Positions 11,178-22,396 of a stretch of 64,000 bases of DNA are shown one piece after another (position 1 is the first letter of the stretch; every line of letters begins with the position of its first letter). A program made the position numbers and the translations under genes. Source of the DNA: Tubiluchus corallicola (Eukaryota > Animalia > Priapulida); assembly GCA_030141605.1 (NCBI GenBank), contig JAQGDQ010002406.1, positions 1 to 64,000 of the forward strand, read 5' to 3'. Under the pieces are notes generated by a model, which saw only the letters and a program-made list of their open reading frames with translations, was not told the origin of the DNA and did no database searches.

Positions 11178-11263
11178 TACATATGGCAAACCTGTTGCAA
11201 AAAGTTGTATTTCATGAAAGAATACTTAAAAGGTAGGGCAAATTTTTTACCGGGGATATTTAA

Positions 11264-11836
11264 GTGAAGAGCGGCAATCCAAAGCAGAGAATCATAACTA
11301 AAGCCTCAAAGCTGTTTTATGAGCAGGGCTACGTCAACACCGGCATCAATCAGATCATTCGCGAGGCTGATGTGGCAAAGACTACATTTTATCATCATTT
11401 TGCTTCCAAAGAGATGCTTTGTTTGGAATACTTGAAGAGGCGCCGCAAGTTTGCAATACAGGTGTTGAAGCATATTACAGAAGAAAAGCCGGATATTAAA
11501 GATAGCATCCTTGCCCTGTTTTTATACATAGAGCAGACATCCATCGCAAACGACTACAGGGGGTGCCCGTTTATCATAATCATCTCTGAGCTACCGGGCA
11601 AAAATGACAACATCCGAGCAGAAGTGAAAGGTTACAAAAAAGATATAATGGATCTAATCCGCTCCATATTAGCTTCTGTCAACCAGTACAACGATACCAA
11701 GCTATCATTGCTTACCGAATCGATATTCGTACTGTTTGAAGGAGCTCTTATCAGCTGCGCATGCCTGCAAAGCCCACAACCGGCAAAAACAGCGGCAACC
11801 GCAGCCATAGAACTGTTGGAAAAGCACAATGTTTAA
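11264..11836 (+). CDS. TetR/AcrR family transcriptional regulator
   Basis: HTH LFYEQGYVNTGINQIIREADVAKTTFYHHFASKE and a GCPF motif. Confidence 0.93.
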   Translation: MKSGNPKQRIITKASKLFYEQGYVNTGINQIIREADVAKTTFYHHFASKEMLCLEYLKRRRKFAIQVLKHITEEKPDIKDSILALFLYIEQTSIANDYRGCPFIIIISELPGKNDNIRAEVKGYKKDIMDLIRSILASVNQYNDTKLSLLTESIFVLFEGALISCACLQSPQPAKTAATAAIELLEKHNV

Positions 11837-11841
11837 AGGTA

Positions 11842-12921
11842 TCAGATCCTCTTCATGCCTTGCTGTCCGAGCAGTTTAGCCACTTCATCAGGATACACCG
11901 CCTTTCCAAGGACATCATCGTAGGAGATGTACCCTTCATGATACAGCTTCACCAGAGATTGGCTCATGGTCATCATACCGGTGCCTTGCTGTCCAGTCTG
12001 CATCATGGAGTACACCTGATGAAGTTTATCTTCCCTTATCAAGTTTCTGATGGCACTATTTGGAGTCATTACCTCCAAAGCCATAGATCTACCCGTATTA
12101 TCGACCTTTTTAATGAGCTGCTGGCTCACAACACCTTCCAAAACAAATGACAACTGAGCTCTGATCTGGGATTGCTGGTGCGGAGGAAAAACATCGATCA
12201 CCCTGTGAATGGTCTGCACAGCACTGTTTGTGTGGAGCGTACCAAAGGTCAAATGCCCCGTCTCAGATATAGTCAAAGCAAGCTCAATCGTCTCAGGATC
12301 CCTTAATTCCCCGATAAGAACAATGTCGGGATCTTGACGAAGGATAGATTTCAACGCCTTTGCAAAGCTTCTCGTATCTGCATTAAGTTCCCTCTGGTTA
12401 ACGATACAGGATTTATGAGTGTGAAGAAATTCTATAGGGTCTTCAATGGTTATAATGTGTTCCCGACGATCTGAGTTGATCTTATCTATCATGGCGGCAA
12501 GAGTCGTGGACTTACCGCTACCGGTTGGGCCGGTAACGAGGACAAGACCCCTGGCGCGGGCTGATATCTTCTCCAAGATTTCAGGCAAACCCAACTCGTC
12601 AAATGTTAATATCCTAAAAGGGATACGGCGAATCGCGGCAGCAACCGCCCCCCTCTGCACAAAAACGTTTGCACGAAAGCGAGATAATCCACGAATGCCA
12701 AAAGAAAAGTCTATCTCAAGATCCTGCTCAAAGCGCGTGCGCTGAACCTCACTAAGCAATCCGTAGCACAACTGCTTTGTATCGTCTCCGTTAAAAGACT
12801 GATCACCAATTCTAGTAACTTCACCATGAACTCGGTAAGCAGCAGGAGACCCCACAGTAATGTGCAAGTCGCTCGCATCAAGCTCGACCATCTTACTCAA
12901 ATAGTAGTGAATATTCGCCAT
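11842..12921 (-). CDS. pilT: Type IV pilus retraction ATPase PilT
   Basis: ASDLHI, GPTGSGKSTT, TIEDPIE, LRQDPD, TGHLTFGTLHT and the AIRNLIRE signature. Confidence 0.96.
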   Translation of the reverse strand: MANIHYYLSKMVELDASDLHITVGSPAAYRVHGEVTRIGDQSFNGDDTKQLCYGLLSEVQRTRFEQDLEIDFSFGIRGLSRFRANVFVQRGAVAAAIRRIPFRILTFDELGLPEILEKISARARGLVLVTGPTGSGKSTTLAAMIDKINSDRREHIITIEDPIEFLHTHKSCIVNQRELNADTRSFAKALKSILRQDPDIVLIGELRDPETIELALTISETGHLTFGTLHTNSAVQTIHRVIDVFPPHQQSQIRAQLSFVLEGVVSQQLIKKVDNTGRSMALEVMTPNSAIRNLIREDKLHQVYSMMQTGQQGTGMMTMSQSLVKLYHEGYISYDDVLGKAVYPDEVAKLLGQQGMKRI

Positions 12922-13129
12922 TCCAAACCACCTTCAAAATATACTCAAAACCCGGTCACAAAAGCACTCAGCATACAAAAACCAAGGAACCAACATAAAT
13001 AAATGTGCACAAAAAACACAAGCTCCACGCACCAGACAATCAGGATACACGCAAAGAAACAGACAATCAACTAAAATATACAACAGAACCCGAACCAAGG
13101 CATGGTAACGGACACTGCCTATACCATTC

Positions 13130-13796
13130 TTAACTTACATCGACGTTCGTCATAACATTTCCTTTGCCATTTAATAGGGGTAAAGAAGGCTCCACAAGAC
13201 CCACAGAGATTACAAACTTGATCCCCTCCTCGACACTTATGCCCAACTCGATAACATCCGCCTTGGGCACTATTATGATGAAGCCTGAAGTTGGGTTTGG
13301 AGTGGTTGGGACAAACACGTTGTAGGACTCAACACCCGTCTTATTTGCAAAGAAATCCGAACTGTCTTTAGTAACGAAACCGATGCTATATATCCCTTTT
13401 CTGGGGTACTGCAGCATTATGACTTTTTGAAAATTATCTCCCCCAGTGGTCGATTGGAATGCGTCGGCAATCTGCTTTGCAGCATTATAAACTATGCGCA
13501 CAACGGGAATAGTAGCAAAAAGTTTGTCAAAAATGCCCATCAACTTTCTGCCAAAGTAGAGCTTGGTCAAAAAGCCCACCATATAGATCAGAAAAATAAC
13601 GAGGACAAATGATATAAATTCTTGCAGATGGAGTGTAAGATCTATTTCAAAATATACCAATGCCTTGTTCAGATAGGGCAACAGCAGACCTTTAAGCGTC
13701 CTGTAGACAAACAGCACCAGATAGACAGTAACGACGATGGGCATTGCAGATATAATGCCCGACAGGAACAGATTTTATCTTTTTTCTTTTTGGCAT
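13130..13796 (-). CDS. DUF502 family membrane protein (probable indel near the 5' end)
   Basis: IPVVRIVYNAAKQI, YPRKGIYSIGF and VFVPTTPNPTSG motifs. The upstream ATG at 13796 is out of frame across an A-run. Confidence 0.85.
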
Positions 13797-13841
13797 GTCA
13801 AAAACTCACAAAATTTCCTTATCCGAAAAATGATAGACAAT

Positions 13842-14762
13842 CTACAATTTATAATTAAACAGCTGTCTTGCAAGTAGTTTGTCATATTGCGACCAGCCAC
13901 CCTCTTCGACATTCTCTCTTTCAAAGATAGTGGTCATGCTATTAGTCTTAGCATCAATATTGTCTATGAGGTGCAGCACCATAGCCTCAACCGTCTTCGG
14001 CAACTGCGGACTGCCGTATTCCAGATAACCGTGATGGGCCAGCAACACATGATTCAAAAGGCTTTTCCCAATGGGAGGGAAGTCCTCCACCTGGCTTATA
14101 TAGCCGTTCACAAGCTCACACCCTAGGACAAGGTGTCCCACGAGACGCCCCTCATCAGAATAGTCAAATCCACCATCGCTGGCGAGCTCTTTGATCTTTC
14201 CGATATCGTGAAATAGAGCACCCAAAACCAATATATCCTTATTAATGCTGGTCTTGTAAAAATCAGCCATCATCAAAGCAAGCTTTACAACTGCCAGTGT
14301 ATGCTCCAAAAGGCCATGGACGTAAGCATGGTGAACATTCTTTGCAGCAGGAACATGCTTGAACAGCTCAACTGAATCAGTATCTTCAAAAAACTTGTCC
14401 AAAACGCCTCTGAAATGGGGAGCACTCACATGCTCCTTTAGCAATCCCACGAGCTCTTCCCACATGCTCTCCACACCGTGCTTGCTTTTGGGTAGAAAGT
14501 CCGCCGCCCTGCCCTTTTTATCGATGCTTATGCTAAATATCTTGAGCTGGGTTTGACCATTATAGTGGTTGATTGCGCCACCAACATTCACGATCTGCCC
14601 CTTTTCCACCTCAAAGCCGATCTTATCGCTATCGAACAAAATACCATTATGGAGGTCTCCCTCCCGATCAGCTAAAATCATCTTTAAATACGGTCGATTA
14701 TCCCTAGTCAAACTCTTGTTGACTTGAAACACCATAAAAACGCTATTGACAGATAAATCCAT
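13842..14762 (-). CDS. YhaM-family 3'-5' exoribonuclease (OB fold plus HD domain)
   Basis: PAAKNVHHAYVHGLLEHT, LFHDIGK and HHG..EYGSP motifs. Confidence 0.9.
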   Translation of the reverse strand: MDLSVNSVFMVFQVNKSLTRDNRPYLKMILADREGDLHNGILFDSDKIGFEVEKGQIVNVGGAINHYNGQTQLKIFSISIDKKGRAADFLPKSKHGVESMWEELVGLLKEHVSAPHFRGVLDKFFEDTDSVELFKHVPAAKNVHHAYVHGLLEHTLAVVKLALMMADFYKTSINKDILVLGALFHDIGKIKELASDGGFDYSDEGRLVGHLVLGCELVNGYISQVEDFPPIGKSLLNHVLLAHHGYLEYGSPQLPKTVEAMVLHLIDNIDAKTNSMTTIFERENVEEGGWSQYDKLLARQLFNYKL

Positions 14763-14863
14763 TTACACAAATACCTTAAAATCGATAAATTAAGAGAATA
14801 AGAAGTGCATTCTATACAATCACAGATTTAAAATCAACCCAAATATAAGCAGCTCAAAATCAC

Positions 14864-15115
14864 TTACCACTCATCAACAGTGTCATTTTCACAAACATTG
14901 ACGTCTCTGATATCGACCCCTTCTGAAGAAAGGCTTTTCAACACTTCAAGAACCGTGGGGACGAAACTACTCGTACTATAGATGTAAAGGGTGGGGCCTT
15001 CTCTGTCAACGGTGCGGACAATGCCTATACCCTCGTAAGAATCGATTATTGCGTTGATGTAGAGGACATCTTTTAGATTTGAGTTGAACCTGACCTTGAC
15101 GCCATGCATCTTCAT
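14864..15115 (-). CDS. DUF4911-like small protein
   Basis: IIDSYEGIGIVRTVD motif. Coupled to the upstream gene. Confidence 0.7.
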   Translation of the reverse strand: MKMHGVKVRFNSNLKDVLYINAIIDSYEGIGIVRTVDREGPTLYIYSTSSFVPTVLEVLKSLSSEGVDIRDVNVCENDTVDEW

Positions 15116-15483
15116 ACGACATCTATCAAGCCAATCTTTACACCATCGAGAAGCTGCTCCAACTCTTTGGCTTCATCTTTTAACCTGGCCTCTATGTACA
15201 CCTTTTTCACATTGAGGCTGGCGACAGCATCCACAAAAGTAGCAGAATCCTGCATCACCTTCGTAAAATCTGTGACGAGGAAACCATGCTTAAAGTTCAA
15301 TTTTTGAATATTGACATAGACAATATTGGCACAATCCGTGTTCTCCAAGACAGAGGTAAGTGCACCGCGATGGAAAAAATCCAACTTTGCAGAGAGCCCC
15401 CGGGGCTTTACGTTCTCCAGGTCGTAATCTACAAAGATCGGTGTCTGTTCAATATTGCTTATATTGGCCTTAACTGTCTGCAT
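15112..15483 (-). CDS. Hypothetical protein
   Basis: 123-aa ORF packed in the operon between nusB and the DUF4911-like gene. Confidence 0.65.
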   Translation of the reverse strand: MQTVKANISNIEQTPIFVDYDLENVKPRGLSAKLDFFHRGALTSVLENTDCANIVYVNIQKLNFKHGFLVTDFTKVMQDSATFVDAVASLNVKKVYIEARLKDEAKELEQLLDGVKIGLIDVV

Positions 15484-15487
15484 TAGT

Positions 15488-15904
15488 TCAACATCTTTCC
15501 ACGTTAAATTCTTCTTTTATCTTATCAAGTATACCATTTATAAAGGCGATGGACTTTGTATCACAATACTTGCCACTGATGCCCACATAGTCGTTGAGGA
15601 TAACATGTATAGGCGCATCGCCTAAAAACATCTCCCCCAAAGCCACTCTCAGCACGCTCTTCTCCATGAGACCAACTCTTTCAAGACTCCAGCTTTGCTT
15701 GAGAAAACTCCTTATTAAAGCATCATTTTCACTCTGCCTTGACTTTGCGGTTTCAAAGAGGTCTTTAGCAAAGTTTATGATATTACCATTCTCTTCAGAC
15801 ACGGTCTCCCAAAACAGGAGAGCTACATCGTCACCCTCTTCGCTATACTCGTGCTGATACATCATCTGAACAGCGTATTCTCTGGATTTTGTACGATTCT
15901 TCAC
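15488..15904 (-). CDS. nusB: Transcription antitermination factor NusB
   Basis: [20 protein letters not shown] and FINGILDKI motifs. Follows ribH. Confidence 0.93.
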   Translation of the reverse strand: MKNRTKSREYAVQMMYQHEYSEEGDDVALLFWETVSEENGNIINFAKDLFETAKSRQSENDALIRSFLKQSWSLERVGLMEKSVLRVALGEMFLGDAPIHVILNDYVGISGKYCDTKSIAFINGILDKIKEEFNVERC

Positions 15905-16380
15905 GCTTCACTTATCTCTCTTTTGATGAGGTTAACTATCTCAATTCCACCCATTCCGGCTTCTGCGCCCTTGTTCCCTGCTTTAGTACCTGCCCGCTCA
16001 ACGGCTTGCTCTATGGTATCCGTGGTCAGGATGCCGTTGATTACAGGTATCTCTGTGCTCAACGATACACTCGCAACCCCTTTTGCCGATTCCGCTGCAA
16101 CGTAGTCAAAATGTGGAGTAGACCCACGAATCACCACCCCAAGAGCAATGATGCAGTCAAAACGCCCACTCAATGCCAGTTTTTTACATATCAAAGGGAT
16201 TTCAAAAGCACCCGGAACTTTGTAGACATCAATGTCATCCTGAGCCACCTCGTGGCGCAGAAGAGCATCCACACAACCCGACACAAGGCTCTTTGTGATA
16301 AAGTCGTTAAACCTTGACGCAACTATGCCAAAACGCAAACCTTTACCGGAATAGTTACCCTCTTTTATCGCAATATTCAT
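15901..16380 (-). CDS. ribH: 6,7-dimethyl-8-ribityllumazine synthase
   Basis: [28 protein letters not shown] and GNKG motifs. Confidence 0.96.
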   Translation of the reverse strand: MNIAIKEGNYSGKGLRFGIVASRFNDFITKSLVSGCVDALLRHEVAQDDIDVYKVPGAFEIPLICKKLALSGRFDCIIALGVVIRGSTPHFDYVAAESAKGVASVSLSTEIPVINGILTTDTIEQAVERAGTKAGNKGAEAGMGGIEIVNLIKREISEA

Positions 16381-16402
16381 ATTTATCTCCTCACAAAATG
16401 TG

Positions 16403-17627
16403 CTATATATCTATTCTATGACCAAATTTCTCTTTCTTTGTCTGTAGATACTTTCTGTTGTCATCATTAATGCTGGCATTCGTTGCTATTCTTTCAACTA
16501 TATCCAGCCCGTAACCGGACAAACATTTCATCTTTTTAGGATTGTTAGTAATAATCCTTATCTTTTCTAGGGAAAGATATTTGAGGATACTAGCTCCAAA
16601 GCCGTAGTCCCTCATATCCTCTTCAAAACCGAGATCAACATTTGCCTCAGCCGTGTCAAGCCCCTTATCTTGAAGGTGATAGGCTTTGATCTTGTTCAGG
16701 ATGCCTATGCCGCGCCCCTCCTGAAACAGATACACAATAACCCCAACACCCTCATTCTCTATCATTTTCATAGCTACATCAAGCTGGTCTCCACAATCAC
16801 AACGACGGGAACAAAACACATCCCCAGTAAGGCATTGGGAATGTATCCGCACCAAGACGGGTTTAAGACCGTCAGGTTCGCTGACCAGGGCAACGCCCTC
16901 CTGATCATCGAATACGCTTTTAAAGCCGAGAACCTAAACTTGCCGTAATCCGTGGGCAGCAGTGCTGACCCTCAACAGTCACGACCTTTTCCGTTTTTAG
17001 TCTGTATTCTATAATGTCCGCAACACTTAAAATTCCAATATTGTGACGTTTAGCATACACCTCCAGCTCGGGCAATCTCGCCATGGCGCCATCTTCATTC
17101 ATTATTTCACAAATGACCCCAGCCGGCGGAAGACCCGCAATACGCATGAGATCAACAGAACCTTCAGTCTGACCAGCCCTGACCAAAACACCGCCGTCCC
17201 TTGCCCTCAAAGGAAAAATATGCCCCGGAGACACAACATCACAAGCTTTAGCTTGAGGATGCGCTGCAACCTCAATGGTTGTAGCTCTGTCCTGAACCGA
17301 TATCCCCGTGGTAATGCCGAGTGACGCCTCAATGGATAAGGTGAAGGCGGTACCGTACTGGGACTTGTTGTCATCCCCAGTCACCATGAGGGGCAGATCA
17401 AGCCTGTCACACTGCTTCCCGTCAAGGGCAAGGCATATCAAACCCCTGGCATTTTTTGCCATGAAATTTACCAACTCAGGAGTAACAAGGGATGCAGAAA
17501 ACACCAAATCCCCTTCATTCTCCCTATCCTCATCATCAACAAGAATCACCATGCGGCCACGTCTAACCTCTTTGACCGCTTCATCTACAGTGAGGTAGAC
17601 GCTCTTCTCAGTATCAATATCAACCAC
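16403..17627 (-). CDS. ribBA: Bifunctional DHBP synthase / GTP cyclohydrolase II, frameshifted around 16860-16970
   Basis: [17 protein letters not shown] and GVICEIMN (RibB part), [15 protein letters not shown] and QEGRGIG (RibA part). The linker reads [12 protein letters not shown] when single bases are restored. Confidence 0.9.
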
Positions 17628-18260
17628 CTGCCATCTTCGTCAACAGACTGCCAAGGTTACCTTCGCAATCTTTATATGAGTTTAGTTTTTCTAAATGTCT
17701 AGCTATTATGTCAACTTCCAAGTTGACCTCATCACCCACCCTCAACGCCTGGAGGGTAGTATTTGCATATGTGTGCGGAATAACGGCTATCCTCATAGCA
17801 CTTTGCCCAATGATTGAGGCAACAGTTAAACTTATCCCGCTCACACTAATCGAACCCTTCTCCACAATGTAGCGATCTAAACAGGAAGGATAGGTGATCT
17901 CGACGACGTAGCATTCGCCGAGCTTATTGCTCTTAACTACTCTGCCAACCCCGTCCACATGCCCCAAAACGATGTGCCCACCGAGACGATCACTGAGTCT
18001 GATAGCTCTTTCAAGATTTACAATGCTTCCCCGTTTAAGGTTTTTAAGATCACTCCTGTTGTAGGTTTCCGAAGACACATCCGCAGAAAAGCCGGATGGA
18101 TTAAATCTCGTCACAGTGAGACAGATGCCATTCACGGATATAGAATCCCCAATACGCATGTCAGAAGTGATGTTATCGCAAAAAATATCTATCCTGCCAC
18201 CGTTTCCAGTTAGACTGATTTCTATTTATTTTGCGTATTTTCTGCAATTCCGGTAAACAT
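17620..18260 (-). CDS. ribE: Riboflavin synthase alpha chain, frameshift near the 5' end
   Basis: MFTGI start at 18260, out of frame with [31 protein letters not shown] and VNLEVD. Confidence 0.9.
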
Positions 18261-19409
18261 CTATCGCTTTCCTAGTCAATTTTATCACTTCAAAAGAATA
18301 AGAATTCACATTATACACAGAAAGAACATCATCACCAATCGATTTTGTGCTAACCAAATTGATTCTAGGCACATCCGACATGCTCTCATAACCAGTAAAG
18401 CCCACAGCAGGCACACCAGAAGAACCTATCACCATAGGAGACGTAAATATATATGCCTTATCAACCAATCCTTGCCTGTACAGCGAAGCGATAATCTTAC
18501 CTCCACCCTCTACCATTATATTCGATATGCCGAGCTGCAACAGCAGAGACGACATCTCAGCAAGGTCGACACCATGCTTACACCTACCAGACAGGAGCAC
18601 CGTTATCCCCATCTCTTCCAATTTGGCAACTTTTGCAGTATCCACATCTGAACCCGCAACGACAATCAGTCTATTTTGCCCCTTTGCAGCGCGTTTTACA
18701 AGATTTGCATCGAGCTTTATACGAAGATCTGAATCCACAACCACCTTGGCAGGATCAAGCGCCTCCTCAGCAAGATGCCGCACGTCCAACAAAGGATCAT
18801 CGTTCATAACTGTACCGATCCCGACCAGCACAGCATCACTCGCAGACCTCATCTGGTGGACATATCTTCTCGATGCTTCACTGCTAATCCATTTGGAAGT
18901 GCCATCAGGACAAGCAATTCTACCATCGATGCTCATGGCAATCTTTACTGTAAAGTAGGGTTTATTGTGGAGGATATATTTTGTGAACGGCTCTATAAGC
19001 TCTGCACATTCCGGCATGCATATTCCGCAAAAAACCTCAACCCCATGCTTCACAAGATAATCGACGCCCTTGCCCGCATGCATTTCATTCGGATCGAGAA
19101 CCCCTATGTATACACGCTTAATACCTGCAGCAACTATGGCCTCAACACAAGGAGGAGTCTTGCCAAACGTAGAACAAGGCTCCAGCGTAACGTACAGATC
19201 AGCACCGAAAGCCCTACTGCCCGCTTTAGTCAAAGCATTAATCTCACCATGATGGGAACCGTACTGCCGATGACAATCCATGGAGACAATGTCATCCCCC
19301 TTCACTACGGCAGCGTCGACGAGGGGTTTGTCTGCGTCCTGCCCGCACCTTCATACGCGCAAGAAACACACGCAAGCATTCTCTCTTTAACCGCACTATC
19401 TATTGTCAT
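18226..19409 (-). CDS. ribD: Riboflavin biosynthesis deaminase/reductase, frameshift near 19320
   Basis: HGE...LYVTLEPC..GKTPPC, AMSIDGRIA and MVEGG motifs. The N-terminal GRTQTNP is in another frame from ATG 19409. Confidence 0.9.
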
Positions 19410-19499
19410 CTTTAAAGTTTACGCAACTCTTATAATAACTCACCAACTCAAAACCTCACCTTTTACCGCCGTATACCTACTTCAGTAGTTGACGCCTCC

Positions 19500-20102
19500 C
19501 TATTTGGAAAACAAAAAATCAACCTTGCGCTCTTCTTTGCGCAAGATCCTGGTAATGTTGCTACGATGTCTATACACGACAAAAGCTGCAAGACACAAGG
19601 TGGTGATCTGCAGCGCAAGCCAGCTGGAGTTAATTATAACGACGATTGCCAAAGTTACAGCCCCAACTATGGAGCTCAGGGACATCATGCGCCATATAGC
19701 TAGGATCAAAACGAAAACAACCGTCGTGATCAACAATGGTATAGGAGCCAGCGCAAGGTATATGCCGACGGCAGAAGCTATACCCTTGCCGCCCTTGAAG
19801 CCGATAAAGAGACTATATGAATGCCCCACCATAACGGCAATAATGCCGATAATGACAATGATATGCTCTCCAAACATGAAATACAGCACATAGATAGGGA
19901 TAAAACCCTTCAGAAGATCCAAAACGAGCACAAATATAAAACCGCCATAGCCTAAGACCCGCCCCGCATTGGTAGCGCCGACATTTCCGCTGCCAATATC
20001 GCGTATATCCACGCCCTTGATGGCCTTCACCAATAGATATGCGGTAGGTATGGCACCGATAAAGTAGCAAGCAACTATAGACGCAATGGAAAAAATGATC
20101 AT
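19500..20102 (-). CDS. plsY: Glycerol-3-phosphate acyltransferase
   Basis: GAIP, DIRDIGSGNVGATNAGR, GH...FKGGKG and HRSNI motifs. Confidence 0.95.
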   Translation of the reverse strand: MIIFSIASIVACYFIGAIPTAYLLVKAIKGVDIRDIGSGNVGATNAGRVLGYGGFIFVLVLDLLKGFIPIYVLYFMFGEHIIVIIGIIAVMVGHSYSLFIGFKGGKGIASAVGIYLALAPIPLLITTVVFVLILAIWRMMSLSSIVGAVTLAIVVIINSSWLALQITTLCLAAFVVYRHRSNITRILRKEERKVDFLFSK

Positions 20103-20106
20103 AACC

Positions 20107-21213
20107 TCACCCCGTAACCATTTTATGCAGCTTTGATCGCCGCAGCTCTATGGAGCTGTAACCGCACAACTCAAAACAGCAAAAACATTCAATACAGCCC
20201 TTTTTATCAACAACAAGGCTCCCCTTGCCCCCGTGAATAGCATCAACCGGACAACTCTTCACGCACTGTTTACAATACGTGCATTTGCTGTTGTCTATAT
20301 ACGGCTTCACGTATATCATTTTGGCGAACGCTCGCTTAAAAAATTCCGGCAATTTCACAGAGCCCTTCAAGGACGTAGGCAATACCATCTCAATATCACT
20401 GGCGACATCTCCTATGACGTCAACGTTTGACGAATCATACCCCTCGTTTATTGCAGCCAATGTGGTAAGACAACAGTCATCGGGAATGCCAAAAACGCCG
20501 GCAACCGCAATGTCCACAGCAATGGCGTCCTCTCCACAAAAAACATGGTTGAGGGAAATCACCTCACCCTTTCTCGGGCCATTTTTGTGCATTCCGAGGA
20601 TACCATCCACAATGTTGATCGACCTCTTTGAGACCTTCAAGTACTCCTCATATATTGACTTGGCAAGTTCCAAATTGTTTGGAAATTTTCTGTGAAAGGC
20701 AACCTTACCGGTACCGGGAATTAGACCAAAATAGTTCTTCACAGCGCAAGTCAAGCCCGTCAACGCATGGGTTTTTAGCTTCGGAAGGTTTATGATAAAG
20801 TCGACCTCATCCACAAACGAAGTATACGCCTCTCCGGCTCTGGGGCTGTGCTTTTCAAACTGAACAATCTCTATGTCGTGCTTTTCAGCCACCTCGCTCA
20901 TTCCCGTCCTGCCCAGCACCAAGGTATAGCTGCCGTAATGGCCGCCGGGACTATCGCCCAACACTATTTTGCCGCTGTAAATCTCCTTTAAGGCGACGAT
21001 GACATGTTCTACAAAACGGGGATGAGTAGTAACCGCCTCCTCGGGAAGTGAAGCAGAAAGAAGGTTCGGTTTAATGAGGATAGTCCCCTTTTCTGCGATA
21101 GTATCCGCATACAGTCCGAGATACTTCCTGATAAACTCGCTAAGAGCAGCGTCATCGTAGGACGAAACACTTTTGCAATATACCTTGTTTGAAACATTAT
21201 TATCCATGATCAT
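20107..21213 (-). CDS. DUF362 domain protein with C-terminal 2[4Fe-4S] ferredoxin domain
   Basis: LIKPNL, TTHP, INLPKLKTH...AVKNYFG, then CTYCKQCVKSCP and CIECFCCFELC. Confidence 0.9.
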   Translation of the reverse strand: MIMDNNVSNKVYCKSVSSYDDAALSEFIRKYLGLYADTIAEKGTILIKPNLLSASLPEEAVTTHPRFVEHVIVALKEIYSGKIVLGDSPGGHYGSYTLVLGRTGMSEVAEKHDIEIVQFEKHSPRAGEAYTSFVDEVDFIINLPKLKTHALTGLTCAVKNYFGLIPGTGKVAFHRKFPNNLELAKSIYEEYLKVSKRSINIVDGILGMHKNGPRKGEVISLNHVFCGEDAIAVDIAVAGVFGIPDDCCLTTLAAINEGYDSSNVDVIGDVASDIEMVLPTSLKGSVKLPEFFKRAFAKMIYVKPYIDNSKCTYCKQCVKSCPVDAIHGGKGSLVVDKKGCIECFCCFELCGYSSIELRRSKLHKMVTG

Positions 21214-21227
21214 AACCTACACGCAAT

Positions 21228-21782
21228 TTACTTGTTCATTATTCTGTTGTATTCGCAAGCGTAGGTGTAAAAAGAATACCAAGCCACTGCGACGGTTATA
21301 TATATCCCTATCTGTCCTATGAAGAGAGTGTCAAAATCCATGAATGGAGCACCGTAAATGACGAGACCGAGGGCTATCATTTGGGCAGATGTCTTGACTT
21401 TGCCCCAGATGTTGGCTGCAATGATGACACCATTGCTCGCAGCACTATCCCGCAAGGCACCTATGGCAAATTCACGACTCAAGAGTAATATCACAACGAC
21501 GGCGTGCAGACGATCCACATCCACAAGAACTATGAGCACAGCAGCAACCAATATCTTGTCCGCAATGGGATCTAATATCTTGCCGATATTCGTCACTTGA
21601 GAGTTTCGCCTTGCAAGATAACCATCAAAGAAGTCCGTCAAACAGGCTATCACAAACAGAGTAAGAGCAAAAACATCCCATGTATATCCATCAAGCTTTA
21701 TGAACAATATTATAGCGGGAATGAGGAGTATCCTCAACAGGGTTAGTTTCGTAGGCAGGTTCATATCTTTTAACCAAGACAT
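21228..21782 (-). CDS. pgsA: CDP-diacylglycerol--glycerol-3-phosphate 3-phosphatidyltransferase
   Basis: NLPTKLTLLRI, TDFFDGYLARR...GKILDPIADK and GKVKT motifs. Confidence 0.95.
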   Translation of the reverse strand: MSWLKDMNLPTKLTLLRILLIPAIILFIKLDGYTWDVFALTLFVIACLTDFFDGYLARRNSQVTNIGKILDPIADKILVAAVLIVLVDVDRLHAVVVILLLSREFAIGALRDSAASNGVIIAANIWGKVKTSAQMIALGLVIYGAPFMDFDTLFIGQIGIYITVAVAWYSFYTYACEYNRIMNK

Positions 21783-21876
21783 ATTTGACCTCCGGATTAT
21801 TCATTTTTTTTAAGTACTCAGCACGCTTGGAAAATATCACACTTCTTAAGAGGCGTTAACAAAGAAAAATCACCCC

Positions 21877-21901
21877 TCAAGGTATTCTATCAATACCTTG
21901 A
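21877..21901 (-). terminator. Hairpin downstream of greA (probable terminator)
   Basis: Perfect 10-bp inverted repeat TCAAGGTATT-ctatc-AATACCTTGA, with T-rich sequence shortly downstream on the minus strand. Confidence 0.55.
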
Positions 21902-21922
21902 AAATATTGTAAGCATTATATT

Positions 21923-22396
21923 TTAGGGAAATTTTACGGTAATAATTTCGTACTCAATGTCTCCATTGGGAGCATTGACGATCGCATCGTCCCCGATCTT
22001 CTTTCCGATCAGCGCTCTCGATATGGGGGACATTACCGATATTTCACCGGACGAAACATCAACTTCATCAGGCCCTACGAGGCGATACTTCTTGACCTCT
22101 CCGGTTTCAATATTTTCAAGCTCCACATAAGCACCAAAAGCCACAACATCGCCCTTCATCCTGGCAGGGTCTATGATATCAAACCTACTCATCTTCCCTT
22201 CAAGTTCCGATATGCGGGCCTCTATAAAGCTCTGTTTTTCCCGAGCAGCATCATACTCAGCATTCTCACTCAAGTCCCCGTGGCTTCTCGCTATCTTTAT
22301 CTCTTCCACGACCTCTTTTCTATCGATGGTCCTAAGCCGCTCCAACTCAGCCTTAAGACGATCATATCCCGTGATAGTTATCGGTATCCTCAACAT
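21923..22396 (-). CDS. greA: Transcription elongation factor GreA (in frame with xseA)
   Basis: IPITITG, HGDLSENAEYDAAREKQ and ISVMSPISRALIGK motifs. Own GGAGG RBS 5 nt before ATG 22396. Confidence 0.93.
   Translation of the reverse strand: MLRIPITITGYDRLKAELERLRTIDRKEVVEEIKIARSHGDLSENAEYDAAREKQSFIEARISELEGKMSRFDIIDPARMKGDVVAFGAYVELENIETGEVKKYRLVGPDEVDVSSGEISVMSPISRALIGKKIGDDAIVNAPNGDIEYEIITVKFP

Noticed and set aside
19410-19500. FMN riboswitch before the rib operon
   Set aside because: The gap is about 90 nt and shows no RFN consensus.
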